NCBI GenBank assembly: GCA_008632985.1
Contig: QPGO01000123.1
Location: 62,001-126,000, forward strand
DNA length: 64,000 bases
Source: Psammoneis japonica
Taxonomy: Eukaryota
Direction of reading: 5' to 3'
Part shown: positions 33,776-45,050 of the stretch, in pieces
How positions within the stretch are numbered: the first letter of the stretch is position 1
Layout: every line of letters starts with the position of its first letter
Position numbers and translations under genes: made by a program
The notes under the pieces: generated by a model
Seen by the model: the letters and a program-made list of their open reading frames with translations, nothing else
Database searches by the model: none
Told to the model about the DNA's origin: nothing

Positions 33776-36772
33776 ATGTCTACAAACATGCCAACAGACG
33801 AGGAAAAATTCTCAGCTCATCGCGAGTGGGGAAGTGAACTCAGCAATAATGGGTGGGATTTGGAAGGAATTAAGTTGGAAAATGAAGACATGATGACCGC
33901 CATCTTCAAAGAACTGGGGATCCCCGAAGATTTTAAGAGACAGTCTCAGCTCGTTGGCTACATTAAGAAACACAAGCAGCAGCCGCAGCCGCATCAGTGA
34001 TCAGTGGGGAAGTGAACTGGGCGAAGGATGGCCTGTGGATGGCATTGATTTGGGAGATACGGACATGATGGAGGACATCTATAAGCATTTAGGGATCCAA
34101 AATGATTCCAGCAGCCGTTCGCAGTTCCGTGCCTACATTAAGAAACACAAGCAGCAGCCAGCAGCAGCAAGAGAATGATCCCTACAGAATCCACGTACGA
34201 AGTCTCAACCAGAAAACAATAAACTGTCTGCCACCCTCAGAAGGCTCTTGAAAAGCTAAAGAACAAACGAATAGATTTGAATGACCTTCCAACGGACAAC
34301 GAACACAAAGGATGGAGCGATGTAGAAACAAGAGCAGAGTTTTCGCCACTTGAATTGTCAGCAGTGCAGAACTATCGGAAAAGACTGGCTCAAGAGCAAA
34401 TTGCCGTCCCCGAAGATATTGACCATGTCATCCGAACATATGATTCTCGAAAACGCCAGCCATTTTCCTCTACGAGGCTAAATTCCGACATCTCCACGCT
34501 GTATCAGTATAAGGATCGACCGGATTTTCTTACTTTCCGCCTGGGCGAACAGAACTACAGTGACGAAGCGACACGTGCTACCATTCAAAAAGCTATGGAG
34601 AAAGCACCAGTCTGCGTGACAGGAGTCTCGGGAGCAGGAAAGACTCGAACGGTGTTGGAACTTCTGTCCACCCATTGGGGCATTTACTTCAGTGCTGGCA
34701 TGTACCTTATTTGGGGTCCCCAGCCAGACAAACCTTGCTCTACAGACCTTGCATGGATTGCTGAAAACAGCACTACGGACCTTCAGAAAGATACTTACAC
34801 CAGAACCGTGCAGCGGCTCGAATGTGCTATTGTCGCACGATTTCTGATACTCAAGAAAAAGATCAAAACTGTAGAAGGGTTCAATTGTCTTGATTGGACT
34901 CTGATGCAACTGTATCCACCCATTATCTCCCGGCAAGGAAGAGAGTGCGACGTTTTTGAAGCGCTGACTATTGAGCTGTACAATTCCTACAACACGAAGC
35001 AAATTGCAAAGGTCCTCGGACAGCTGCCTACTCTGTTTAAATACATTGTGGTAGATGAGGCGCAAGTTGCAATGGCCCAGAACCCGGAGCGCTATGACAA
35101 TGTAGACAAGTCCGCGAAGCATCCTTTCCTTTTTGCAGTGATTCGATGCTTGTGGAATATTGGCAAGAAATGTGGCATGTCCCCTATCCTTTGTGGGACA
35201 AGCATTTCAATTATGAAAATGTCGTCAATTGCAATCAGTGCTGTGGGCGAGGTAGAAACCCGACATGCAGGAGATCTGGACGAGAAATATAAGCTGCAGG
35301 TGCCAATCTCGACTGTGTTGGAGCCCCCAGTCATAAACGCCCTGGTCAAGGAGGTTCTTGTGAGCCAAGCTTGGGAACGACACCAATTGGGCCTTTGGAG
35401 CAGAACGCTGGTGGGTCGGCCTCGAATTCTATGGGGCTTCCTCGCTTTAGCACTTGCAGATACTGTTGCTGGGATCGATCGTATTTTCAAAAAATATTGT
35501 TTGCGGATGACGTCCGATCAAGGGATGGGGAATAGCACAACTACATTGTATTCGTGTGTGTCGAAAGCGCTGGCTCGTCGAGCCACTGGAGAAACCGTCC
35601 TTTCTCAAAGCATAGGATTTGCAGTATCAGAAATTGTTGTGAATTGGCTTACCGGGAAAACACCCGCTGACGTGGAGGAGGAGGAAAAAGTTGACTTCAT
35701 CGTAGACTGCGGGGTTTGCATCTTAGAGAGGAAAGAGGACAATACTCAACTGGTTGCTAGGTTGCGTGAGCCGATGGTTGTGCAGGCGTATCTGGAGTAC
35801 ATAAAAAAATCCTCGCCTGATCGGATCTTGAGGACAATCATGGCAATGCTGGAAGCTGCGACTGAACCATCCTCCCAAGGCTTCCTCTTTGAGCTTCTCT
35901 TCTACTTTGCATTACAAAAGTGGCTCCATGGTAAATCTTTGAAAGAGGCAGGTTTCGCCCCATCGGATCTGACTTCCTGTGACTTTCTTAGTGAAGCTTG
36001 CAACATTCCACTAGAGTCCCTGGGCAACAGCCTTCTACGGCTTCCCGAGAAGCCCGATGGAAGTCAAGTCAGCCTCCAGTCTCAGTTTCTCAATTGCCAC
36101 CGTCTCTACCTCGAATCTGAGACATTTCGACCCAGGCCCAGGGCAGCAGCGACACCGGCCAAGAAAGACACCGACGACCTTGTCGTTGTAGCGCTTACAG
36201 AAAATTATGTGCTCGTCTTTCTTATTCAATGCAAGCTTGAACAGAACACAGATTATCTCAAGGCTGCACAAACGACATTCCCTGACCTGCTGCTGCATCA
36301 ATCAAAGAAAAGAAGGCTCGATACTGCTGCGTTTGGTCGAAAAAACGTATATGACTACGAGATGGCGGAGGCCAACAAGGTGGAATACAACAAATTACAA
36401 GACTTATTGGGCATGGAAAAATGGGGAGATCGCACGGTTTGTGTGGTTCAGCTTGTTGTGGCATATCCAGCCAATGTTTCGAAGCTTGGAGACACTAGAT
36501 GGATTACAAAACCATCACGGCGTTGCAGTACTTCAGAAGAACTTGCAGCGCTGCTAGAAAGAGTCCCTGAGGCGAATGAACAAAAGCGCCTATTAGTCAT
36601 TGTCAAGGAGAAGCTGTTGCAACAGTTACTGGGAAACCATGTCTTTGGCAGATTGAAAGAAGTCAAAGCGCTGAAGGCAATCGACGATCATACTTTTGAC
36701 GTATCGATGAGTCTGTCCGATCTTTTGCCTTACGAGGATAGCACTGGCACGGTCGATGGCAAAGAAGAGTGA
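33776..36772 (+). CDS. Crinkler/RHS-type P-loop NTPase plus restriction-endonuclease-fold protein with duplicated N-terminal header
   Basis: Main ORF 34277..36772: Walker A GVSGAGKT, HWGIYF, Walker B IVVDEAQ, CGTS, GRPR, GFLFE, TDDLVV...LIQCK (PD-(D/E)xK-like). Two tandem ~55-aa repeats (WGSEL..GW..GI.L...DMM..I.K.LGI...SQ...YIKKHKQQP) at 33820-34160, joined by frameshifts or introns. Confidence 0.7.
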
Positions 36773-36889
36773 GAACCTTTTGGTCACGGGGCGCTAAAAC
36801 AAAGCCCCTGGGGTGAAAGGGCTTCTGACAGCCTAGACATCGTTGTAGATTAATCGCTTTCTATAGCCAATTGTGGAATGCATCCACAC

Positions 36890-37405
36890 CATGTCTTGGA
36901 CCCTTTTCAGTATAGGCGCGTCAAGGATTGGACGAGGGATGAGCCTCTCTTTAATTTGCCTTTACCGCCTATCTTGACAGGAATTTTGGAGCATTATTTC
37001 GTAATGTGAATTTTATAGCCAAGAAAGAACGCGGAGTCACTCGCGGCGTGAGTAATCTGTCTTTTCGAGGTTTAATTCCAGTTTCAGTCTTTCATGTAGG
37101 AAGTCTTTAATTTCTTCGCGAATTTGAACACAGTCTTCCTTACTTCCCATAACCCCAATGAGGAAATCGTCGGCATATCGGACGTATTTTCATCTTCGGA
37201 ATCCATCATCATTACCTAACCGAGGTCAGATTCTTTTAACGATTGCCTCACGGGCGACTACCTGATCTGATCAGTTTATTGTACTCAGGATTAGCTTTTC
37301 GCCCCAATCCTCGGTCGATTACGTACGAGGTACACCTCCATCCATGTGTCAATTTCCGACATAATGTAGATATTGGAAAGGAGAGGTGAAAGTACAAAGT
37401 ACCCC
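36890..37405 (-). pseudogene. Fragment of group II intron reverse transcriptase/maturase, organellar type (probable NUMT)
   Basis: Minus strand reads LSPLLSNIY..., [48 protein letters not shown]...AFFLGYKIH, PRPILDAPI, broken by indels. Confidence 0.85.
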
Positions 37406-37785
37406 TTCTTGGCTTACACAACATAAAGCCCTACTCTATTTCACTGTGTGTGCGTGCGCGGACGTGAGCTCATGTTTCTCAGCGGAGTCAAACCTACAAG
37501 AAGCACGTTCTATGATCTCTCATGGAATCCGTGTGTTTACTGTATAAACATTATGAAGAGGCATACAACACACCATGCACCGGTAACACAGCATAAGCCA
37601 CAGCGACCGTGCCTACTAGGTTTGATTATCTTGTGTCTAAATGGAGTCCGACCTTTTTCAGGAAGCACATAAACCAAAATCTCATGGAATCTGCATCGAT
37701 CATAGAGCCGTGACTCATCATGAAATACATGCTGGGGGAAAGCAGTGCCGAGATGCAGAGCTTTGGGCCGGCACTGCGTCTTTTT

Positions 37786-39552
37786 CTAGCAAAGCGGGAT
37801 AGAACTCTCACCCAGTTCATTCATCATTTTCCAAACGGATCTCCTGCAAATAGTGACGCTTTTTTTCCACTCTTTTGCTGCTTGGGCAGACTTTGCGGCA
37901 GCCAAGTTTTTCTTCTCTTTGCTTAGGGAGTTATCGCTTATGACGCCACGAAAGGAAACGAGGTACTTTTGCACAAGAGAAATGGCGCAGAAACTTGTCC
38001 TTCTCCCAATGTCCTTGGAAAATCCAGGAGCCGTCATGCCTAGATTTTCCAATCCTTCCATGGCTTGCGTGAGCTTGTTGAGGGATCGAACAACTTCACC
38101 TCGACTCTTGATGATTGCTCTGGCAGATAATGCTTTGCGTAGCGAAGCGTCGTATGAAGACTGTCCCTTGTTGAACTTGGTACGCTGTTCATACCTCTTA
38201 AGAACTCTTTTAAGGCAAGAAGAGTACGCACAAGTAACTTTGTTGAAATCAGCGGGGAATAGTCCAGTCATCGGTGGAACTTCGATTGTGGCACAGCGCT
38301 TGAGGGTCGGATAAGTGTTTGATCCAAAGTCCCATATGCTATCGTTCCAAGCAGAAATTGGTGCATTATTGTTTCCATCTTGAAAGTAGATGAGGCTTTC
38401 GACGTGTTGTGCTTCAGTCTTGACTGCTCCATAATTGCCAACGCCAGGTTTCATCCTAAAATAGTTGTTTTCCAATTTAATCGATGACGCCAAGTGGCCA
38501 ATCAACCCCCCGGTACCATTCCTTGCATCGACGGAAACTGAACCAGTGGCAAAGCTATTTTTTACAAAACGGCTTAGTTTGTCCATGCTTCCGACGAGTC
38601 CTCCAGCATGATGTCTGATTGCATTCACATCACCAACTGCATAGCTATTCGATATGGAAGAGCCCTCGAAAGCAATTCCAACGAGGCCCCCAGCATCCTC
38701 GTACACCGGAGGTTGGACATCGATGGTTGAAAAGCTGTTGGTGATGGCTGCTTTTTGCATGGATCCCACAAGACCACCGACCTTCCGTGCTCCGTACTCC
38801 CCGTAGTCATTCGCTCCAAACTTGAGCTCTTCTGTACTACACTTATCAATAAAGCCATTACTGAAGTGCCCAATAAGTCCACCAACAGAATCTTCGCCCA
38901 GCACCATGCCGCCACGAACGTGGCAGCATGAAATGAAAGACTCGCGAGCGCCGCCAAGGTACCCAACGAGTCCACCAGTACCTTCACCAGGGCCATGGCG
39001 TGGGTCTTGGGAACAACGCATCGATACGTTCTCAACTGTCACGTCGTGTATCGTCACACCACCGTCACGGACACCTCCCACAAGTGCACCAGATAAGCTG
39101 TCGCAATACAAAAAAGCATCCTTGATGGTGAGATTGAAGATCTCAGCGTTCGGCCCAGCGATGCCAAATAGACCCTGATAAGCATAGGGATCAAGTCCAG
39201 GCACGATGGGAATTGTATATCGAATCGTGTGCCCATTCCCATCAAATATACCAGTGAACGGATCGCTGGTTCCATCGTAATACCCCGTAACAGGGTGATT
39301 TATTCCCGCAATCGGAATGTGTTTCTCGATTTGGAGGTCGTTCATTAGAACATAGTGCTTGTCGGGCTTTTCGTGGATTTGGTACAAGTCATTATTTGAG
39401 AAAATCTCGCAGGGTCCCTTGTCTTTTGTTCCACAACCCGGTTCCAACTCTGCGCTCACTCGAAGCAGCGCACAGAATGGGCCAATCCGCGCCAGAGCGA
39501 GGCAGATCAGTGGTAGAACGAGTCGTCGTCGCTTGGCATGGCCTTTTAACAT
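37786..39552 (-). CDS. Secreted/surface protein with GLUG-type (GGLVG) repeats
   Basis: Hydrophobic N-terminus; HYVLMNDL, FTGIFDGNGHTI, GLFG, and repeated GGLVG/GGLIG...I.NS(F/Y)A.G.V units. Confidence 0.8.
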   Translation of the reverse strand: MLKGHAKRRRLVLPLICLALARIGPFCALLRVSAELEPGCGTKDKGPCEIFSNNDLYQIHEKPDKHYVLMNDLQIEKHIPIAGINHPVTGYYDGTSDPFTGIFDGNGHTIRYTIPIVPGLDPYAYQGLFGIAGPNAEIFNLTIKDAFLYCDSLSGALVGGVRDGGVTIHDVTVENVSMRCSQDPRHGPGEGTGGLVGYLGGARESFISCCHVRGGMVLGEDSVGGLIGHFSNGFIDKCSTEELKFGANDYGEYGARKVGGLVGSMQKAAITNSFSTIDVQPPVYEDAGGLVGIAFEGSSISNSYAVGDVNAIRHHAGGLVGSMDKLSRFVKNSFATGSVSVDARNGTGGLIGHLASSIKLENNYFRMKPGVGNYGAVKTEAQHVESLIYFQDGNNNAPISAWNDSIWDFGSNTYPTLKRCATIEVPPMTGLFPADFNKVTCAYSSCLKRVLKRYEQRTKFNKGQSSYDASLRKALSARAIIKSRGEVVRSLNKLTQAMEGLENLGMTAPGFSKDIGRRTSFCAISLVQKYLVSFRGVISDNSLSKEKKNLAAAKSAQAAKEWKKSVTICRRSVWKMMNELGESSIPLC

Positions 39553-40103
39553 ACTGTTGTTGTTTCAGATCTAGATTTTTGTCTCTTTTCTATAGCGAAC
39601 TTTCGTGCGCCAGCAAACAAAAGGAGGACAAAGCAAATGTGTCAGCCACTCATGTCATTCGAAGCAAGCAAAACGAAGATACGCAGCAAGTGGATATGCC
39701 AGAAGAAGGCTAGTGGCGCGGAAAGAAGACGACTTTAGATAAGGCTCTGCTCATTTCATCTGAGTGAGCAATAACGAGTGCAGCACAGATATAATCGCAG
39801 TGCATAGAGGTGCTATCAAGATCCAAGAACCTTTTCGGTTAATGGGAAATCCCAGGAGCGCGGAACAAGGATGCTGATTGCAAGTTCAAGGATTTGATCA
39901 GGCTCGTAACATGTTGGGCCATGGGCACTCACCTCTTCGCAACTTTCGGGTCTTCGGTTAGTGTGATCCGATATCGATCCCTGATTGCTCATTGTGTTTG
40001 GGGAGTTCGCATTTTGGGTTTCGTTGTTCAGCTGATTTTCGCACGACCAAAAATATGTTGTAAAAGCCTCTTGATACAGTGTATTTGTTTAATGCCGGTA
40101 TAT

Positions 40104-40452
40104 CCCTGCTTATGCACACGAACCACCTGGTGGTCCGTGTGCATTTTTGGGTGCACACGAACCACCTGGTGGTTCGTGTGCACCCTACGCAAAATGCTGC
40201 GTAGATTTGTACCGAATTAAATCTGAATGCCTACATCTGCAGTAGGCTCTACGTGAAAACGCACTCGAAACAGTGTCCACCGAGCCGGCAGTCATGTGCC
40301 GGAACGTCGTGAAAAGTATTTTATGTCTGAGAAAGAGTTCGTCAGGGCCGGCGAACAACACCCCACTACGATGCGACTGGTATAAAATGTACGTAAATGC
40401 ACAGGAACCAGCATGTGGTTCGTGTGCAAATTAGAGCTCGTGAAAAATAGGT
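40104..40452. mobile_element. Diverged inverted copy of the neighbouring piggyBac-like MITE
   Basis: Begins CCCTGCTTATGCACA; 40308-40450 aligns to the reverse complement of 40540-40683; contains two hairpins, including a perfect one at 40149-40185. Confidence 0.65.
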
Positions 40453-40533
40453 TGTCCTATGTGTGACAGGCCACCTAACTGTGCTTCAACTAATTTTTGG
40501 TCGAGTCAGGTGTCAAATGACCGGCTCTGTTAA

Positions 40534-40783
40534 CCCTGCTTATTATTTACGAGCTCGAATTTGCACAGACATGCTCCAGAGCGTATCTGTGCATTTACGT
40601 AGATTTTGTACCAGTCGCATCGTAGAGTGATGTTGTTCGCCTGCCCCAACGAACTCTTTCTCGTACATAAAATATTACTCACGCCTGCCGGATAGGTTGG
40701 AGGTACATTTTCCTGGTACAAACACGTAGAATTTAACGCAGCTGCACAGATGGTCTCTGGAGACCATCTGTGCATAAGTAGGG
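40534..40783. mobile_element. piggyBac-like non-autonomous element (250-bp MITE)
   Basis: TTAA|CCCTGCTTAT ... ATAAGTAGGG|TTAA: TTAA duplication at 40530-40533 and 40784-40787, CCC/GGG termini, subterminal hairpin 40743-40774. Confidence 0.8.
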
Positions 40784-40789
40784 TTAATT

Positions 40790-43700
40790 GTTGAGGTTAC
40801 CCACCCCTGCGTCAGTGGAGAGTGTGGTTGGTGATGTCATGGTGATGCATGCTCACGTCATGGCATTTTTGCATTTGTGTGAATGCAAAGACAACCACAC
40901 TTGCGCACAAATGCCAACAGCTGCAGGAAAAATCCTGAGCCCCATGGGATGCAGGAGATCACTTGTGCTTGTGCATGCACTCGCCTCAGTGCGAACATTC
41001 TCTTCTCAATGCATGTGATGACATCATCACACATCACACACAACCACACCCCACAGTGCCGCTGACGCAGGGGTGAAGGTCGCCGAGGCATGGCGCAAAA
41101 CCTGTTTGCGGTTTCGCGCAACCGGGCTGCGTGGACCAGGGACATTCCCGTTGCGCCACACACACTTCAGTGGACCCAGCCAGCAGAAGCAGCCACTCCA
41201 GCTGCTCGCTCTCTCTGACTCCAGCCAGCGGTCATTTGACACTTGCACCACCGATCTGTTGTCAACTGTCTTCAATCGAAAGTGCTTTCTTGTTGCAGCC
41301 ATGCCATCTCCAGGTTGCGGCGCCTTTCCACGTCATGTCACCAAGTGGGGAAAAAACGGCAGCTGGGGCCTTGTCTTCACTGCTCACTGCAGTGTCACAT
41401 GCTCAAATGTTTCAAGTTGACAAACGTTGGTGGTGATCCAAAGCATCAGTTGAGTGTTTTGGTCAGCCAATGCAAATGAGTGTGACCTCTTGAATTTCAG
41501 CTCATGGTCTCCAAAACCCCTCAACTGCTGTGTCAAGTGCCGCACATTTGCAGTTTGATCTTTTGACTTTTGCAGGATTGTGCCCACCATTTTGGCTGGT
41601 GATGACACCTGCCAGTTGTTCCCACAGGCAGTTGCATGGCCCTGGAGTGGTGCACAGCTCCCTGCTGACATGCCAGCTCCTGCACTTCATTGTCCTCAGA
41701 GGATCAACTGGCTGTCAAAGACAAGTGTGCTGTGCTGTGCTGTGCTGTGCTGCACACAATGTCTCTGCTGCCACCCTCTTTTGATCTGCCTGTGGGGCAA
41801 ATCTGGGTGCTGGGTGTTGCTGCAAATCAAAACTCATTGAGAGTCTTTCTGAGTGGTTTGCCACAGCCGCCACTTTCCTGTCTGACTTTGTTGTGGACCT
41901 GATTGCTCCAAAGCAATTTGCGACCTCTCTGGTGTGAACTTGTCCTTGGGGTTCAGCAGACATGGCCCCTGTCTCCACTGCAGTGACCATGCTGGATCAA
42001 GACTCAGCACTTCCATGGGTGACGGGACTTTGGAAAAAGTGGCTGCACGCACCCACGTCGCTCACAAAGCCTGCAAGCAACAGAGTGTGTCAATGCCCTG
42101 CTGCAGAACATGAGACAAAACAAACAACTGTGAGCAAGACAAGGGCAGGCAACAACACCCACAAAAACATCAGAACATGACACTGTGCCATTGGGAAGCA
42201 CAACTGCAACTCAACACACTCAAATTTCTCACCACAATGCTGCCGTGTGATTCATGTGACAGGGATTTTTGGCAGTGTTAAAAGATGATCATCTTTGAAA
42301 TGAGCACTGCAGAGATGAGCGCCATTTTTGCCATTGATGATTTTTGAATTTGTGTGCTCATCATTGGAAAAGCACCAGAAGGTGTGCTGCACGACTGGCC
42401 AGCAATTGATTTTGGGTGGATGGGCTGGTGATCCATGCGTCCACTCTTTCAAAGTCCCGTGACCCATTCAAGTGAGTGTGACAGAGATGACTGTGCCATC
42501 CACCTCCTGGACTGTGAAACAAAGGCCTTTGATGGTGTGTGTCCCTTGGAGTGGTCTGCTCCCTTGCTTCTTGTTGGCATGTTTCACACTTGGCTTGCAA
42601 CTTGACCCTCTTGCCTGGGCAGTTCAAAAGAACAAAGGTTGTCCATGCATGGACAGCTGCCAGTCCATTGTCCATCATGGCAGAGATGAGCACAAAAGCC
42701 CTGAACAGTTCCATCCACAGTGCAACAGATGGCAAGGTGGATGAGACACCACCAGTCTTTTTTGGTTCAGCAGTTGAGTGGCATTTGACACACACATGGA
42801 ACTTGTGCATCACTCATCCCCACAGCATTTCATTGAGCCTCACATCATCCCAACCTTGTGCCAGCAGAAGTCTGCATCTTTGTGGACTTGCTCATTGTCC
42901 CAGTCAGTCCAATCTTTGGTGGGTGAAACTCTTGCTCCAGGCAGCAACTCTTGTCAGAAATCTGAGAGCCCCCTTGCCTTGCACACCTCATTTGATGAGC
43001 ACCCTGTGCTCAATCTGGTCAAGACCTTGGCTCTCTTTCCTCCTCCTCTTGTTGCCACCAACAAATGTGATTCTGTGGTCCAAGCCAGTGCAGACTCTCC
43101 AAACATCAAGGGTGCAAAGATGTTGGATTGCCCCCTTTCTCTGGCACCATCTTTGTGGATGATGCAATGGCACACACCCCAGCTTGCATTCTTCAAGCCA
43201 GCAGCACTCAGCCACATGAAATTGGAAGCTGTCATCAGTTTCATCTTGCACTTCCTGGGGTTCAATGTTGATGCCTGCTTCATGGTTGTGACTTGGCTGC
43301 TGGAGAAACACATTGAGTTTTGCACCATCCTTGACAAGCTCTGGATGAAAAAAAACTGCCTGTGGCTCACCACACAAAATTGCTCAACTTCTTGGCTTTG
43401 CATGCAGTGCATCATCATGTGGGTGTGTTCCTCTCTCTCTCTCTCTCTCTCTGTGCAGCCACAGCTCTGAACAAGGCAGCCAGTGCTCCAGCTGCCAGAG
43501 CCTTTTCTGAGGGCTTCTGGTGTTGCAGACAGATCACCATGCCTGCTCAAGAACAACAAGATCTCCAGCTGCTGTGTGACAGAACTGTGGAGCCTTGCTT
43601 CACTCAGCTCTGGTCTCAGCACATTGGACACCTTGTCCCTTTTTAGACCCCACAGAGGAGGTGCTGTTGGGTGCACCCCATGCAGGCTGAGCAGCTGAAC

Positions 43701-45050
43701 CCTGCATTTTGATCTCATGTGGCAACTCAGCTGGGTGGGCTCATTGTGGCAGGGCTTCCCTGTGAAGCTCATTGAGGGCCAGTTGCAGGAGCCCCTTGAT
43801 GCATGGAGGGACTGCACGTCAATGTGCTGGAGTTTGCAGCCATCATCAACAACACCCATGTGGCCCTCATCTTCCACTGGTGGCGTGCAATTGGTGCCAG
43901 GGGACGGCTGCTCCACACATGGCAGGACAACACCAGTGTTGTCTCTTGGCTGCAACACATGAGTTGTCATTTGCACTGTCCCTGTTGCTTTTGCAACAAT
44001 GTCTGGCTTGCTTCCTTGGCATTCTTGCTGCTCAATGTTCAACCTGAGCATCCATTGTTGATGTGCATGCTCCCAATTTGCAACTGTGCAAGTGCACCAA
44101 GCACCCTCCAAGCATGGTTTGATGACTTCATTGCTCATTGGACAGGGTGCAACCATGGGCATGTCAGGTGTGCAAATGACTCATCTTTGGAATCTTGTGC
44201 CATGCACTTTTCACATGGCACTGGCTTGAGCAGCATGGCTTCAACAATGTCAGCCTTGCAAAATTAACTTTGGCACAGACTTTCCCCACACTGAGCTGCC
44301 ACATGTTGGGCCTGGCAGAAGGTGACTCTCTGTGCTGGAGCATTGACATTGTTTCAGAAGACTTGCTTGTTGGCCATCTGAATGCTGTCATTGCTTGATT
44401 TGAGTGTCACTTCAATGTTGATGCTCCCGTGCATCAGCAAGTAAGAGGCAAGACTCAGTTGTTTCCCTTCTGCAAAGAAACCACTTGTGAGTGTGGCACC
44501 TGGTGCAAGAAATGCAACAAGAAGCAGCCCATGTCTGGTCTCATGTGTCTGCACATGGAGCTTCAGCATGCCGAGCAGCTGGGTGTGTGTGAAGCTTGAT
44601 CTTTGGTGAGCTGAAAGAGGTCAGCAACGTGCACAAAAGCATGTTCCAGATGTTGTGAGAGGCTCAGAGCTGGTCTTTGAACCAAGGAGTGAATGAAGTC
44701 TGTCGGAGAGCGCAAGCAGATTGCACAAAAATCATTCCTGTGTGAGAGAGACAGTTCAGTCACTGTCAGCTGATTTGTCACAACATGAGACTACAATGAC
44801 AGCCATGCTGACAGTTGATTCCTGTCACCCCCTTGAATTGAATGGGTGAACATGAGGTGAAATCATGGAGTCATGTGAGAAGGGGGAAAGCCAAAGGGTG
44901 TGATTGACCATGACCCAAATCTTCTAAGTGACTTGAGTTTTTTTTTTAGAACATCTGTGAGTTGGCTTTCTGCCAGGATCCAGCCAAGGACATGATGACC
45001 ACACCACTGACCTTCTTGGACATGTTGAAAATGTTGCTTGATGTGTCATG
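40790..45050 (+). mobile_element. Decayed DIRS-like (tyrosine-recombinase) retrotransposon, copy A, recombinase part deleted
   Basis: RT-like PPVFFGSAVEWHLTHTWNLCITHP and LHFLGFNVD; RNase H-like LHVNVLEFAAIINN...DNTSVVSW at ~43810-43950. Hypermutated; limits approximate. Confidence 0.65.
41725..41753. repeat. (TGTGC)n pentanucleotide microsatellite
   Basis: gtgtgctgtgctgtgctgtgctgtgctgc. Confidence 0.8.

Noticed and set aside
40104..40783. CRISPR-like palindromic repeats
   Set aside because: There is no regular repeat-spacer array and no cas genes; TTAA/CCC termini explain the structure as MITEs.
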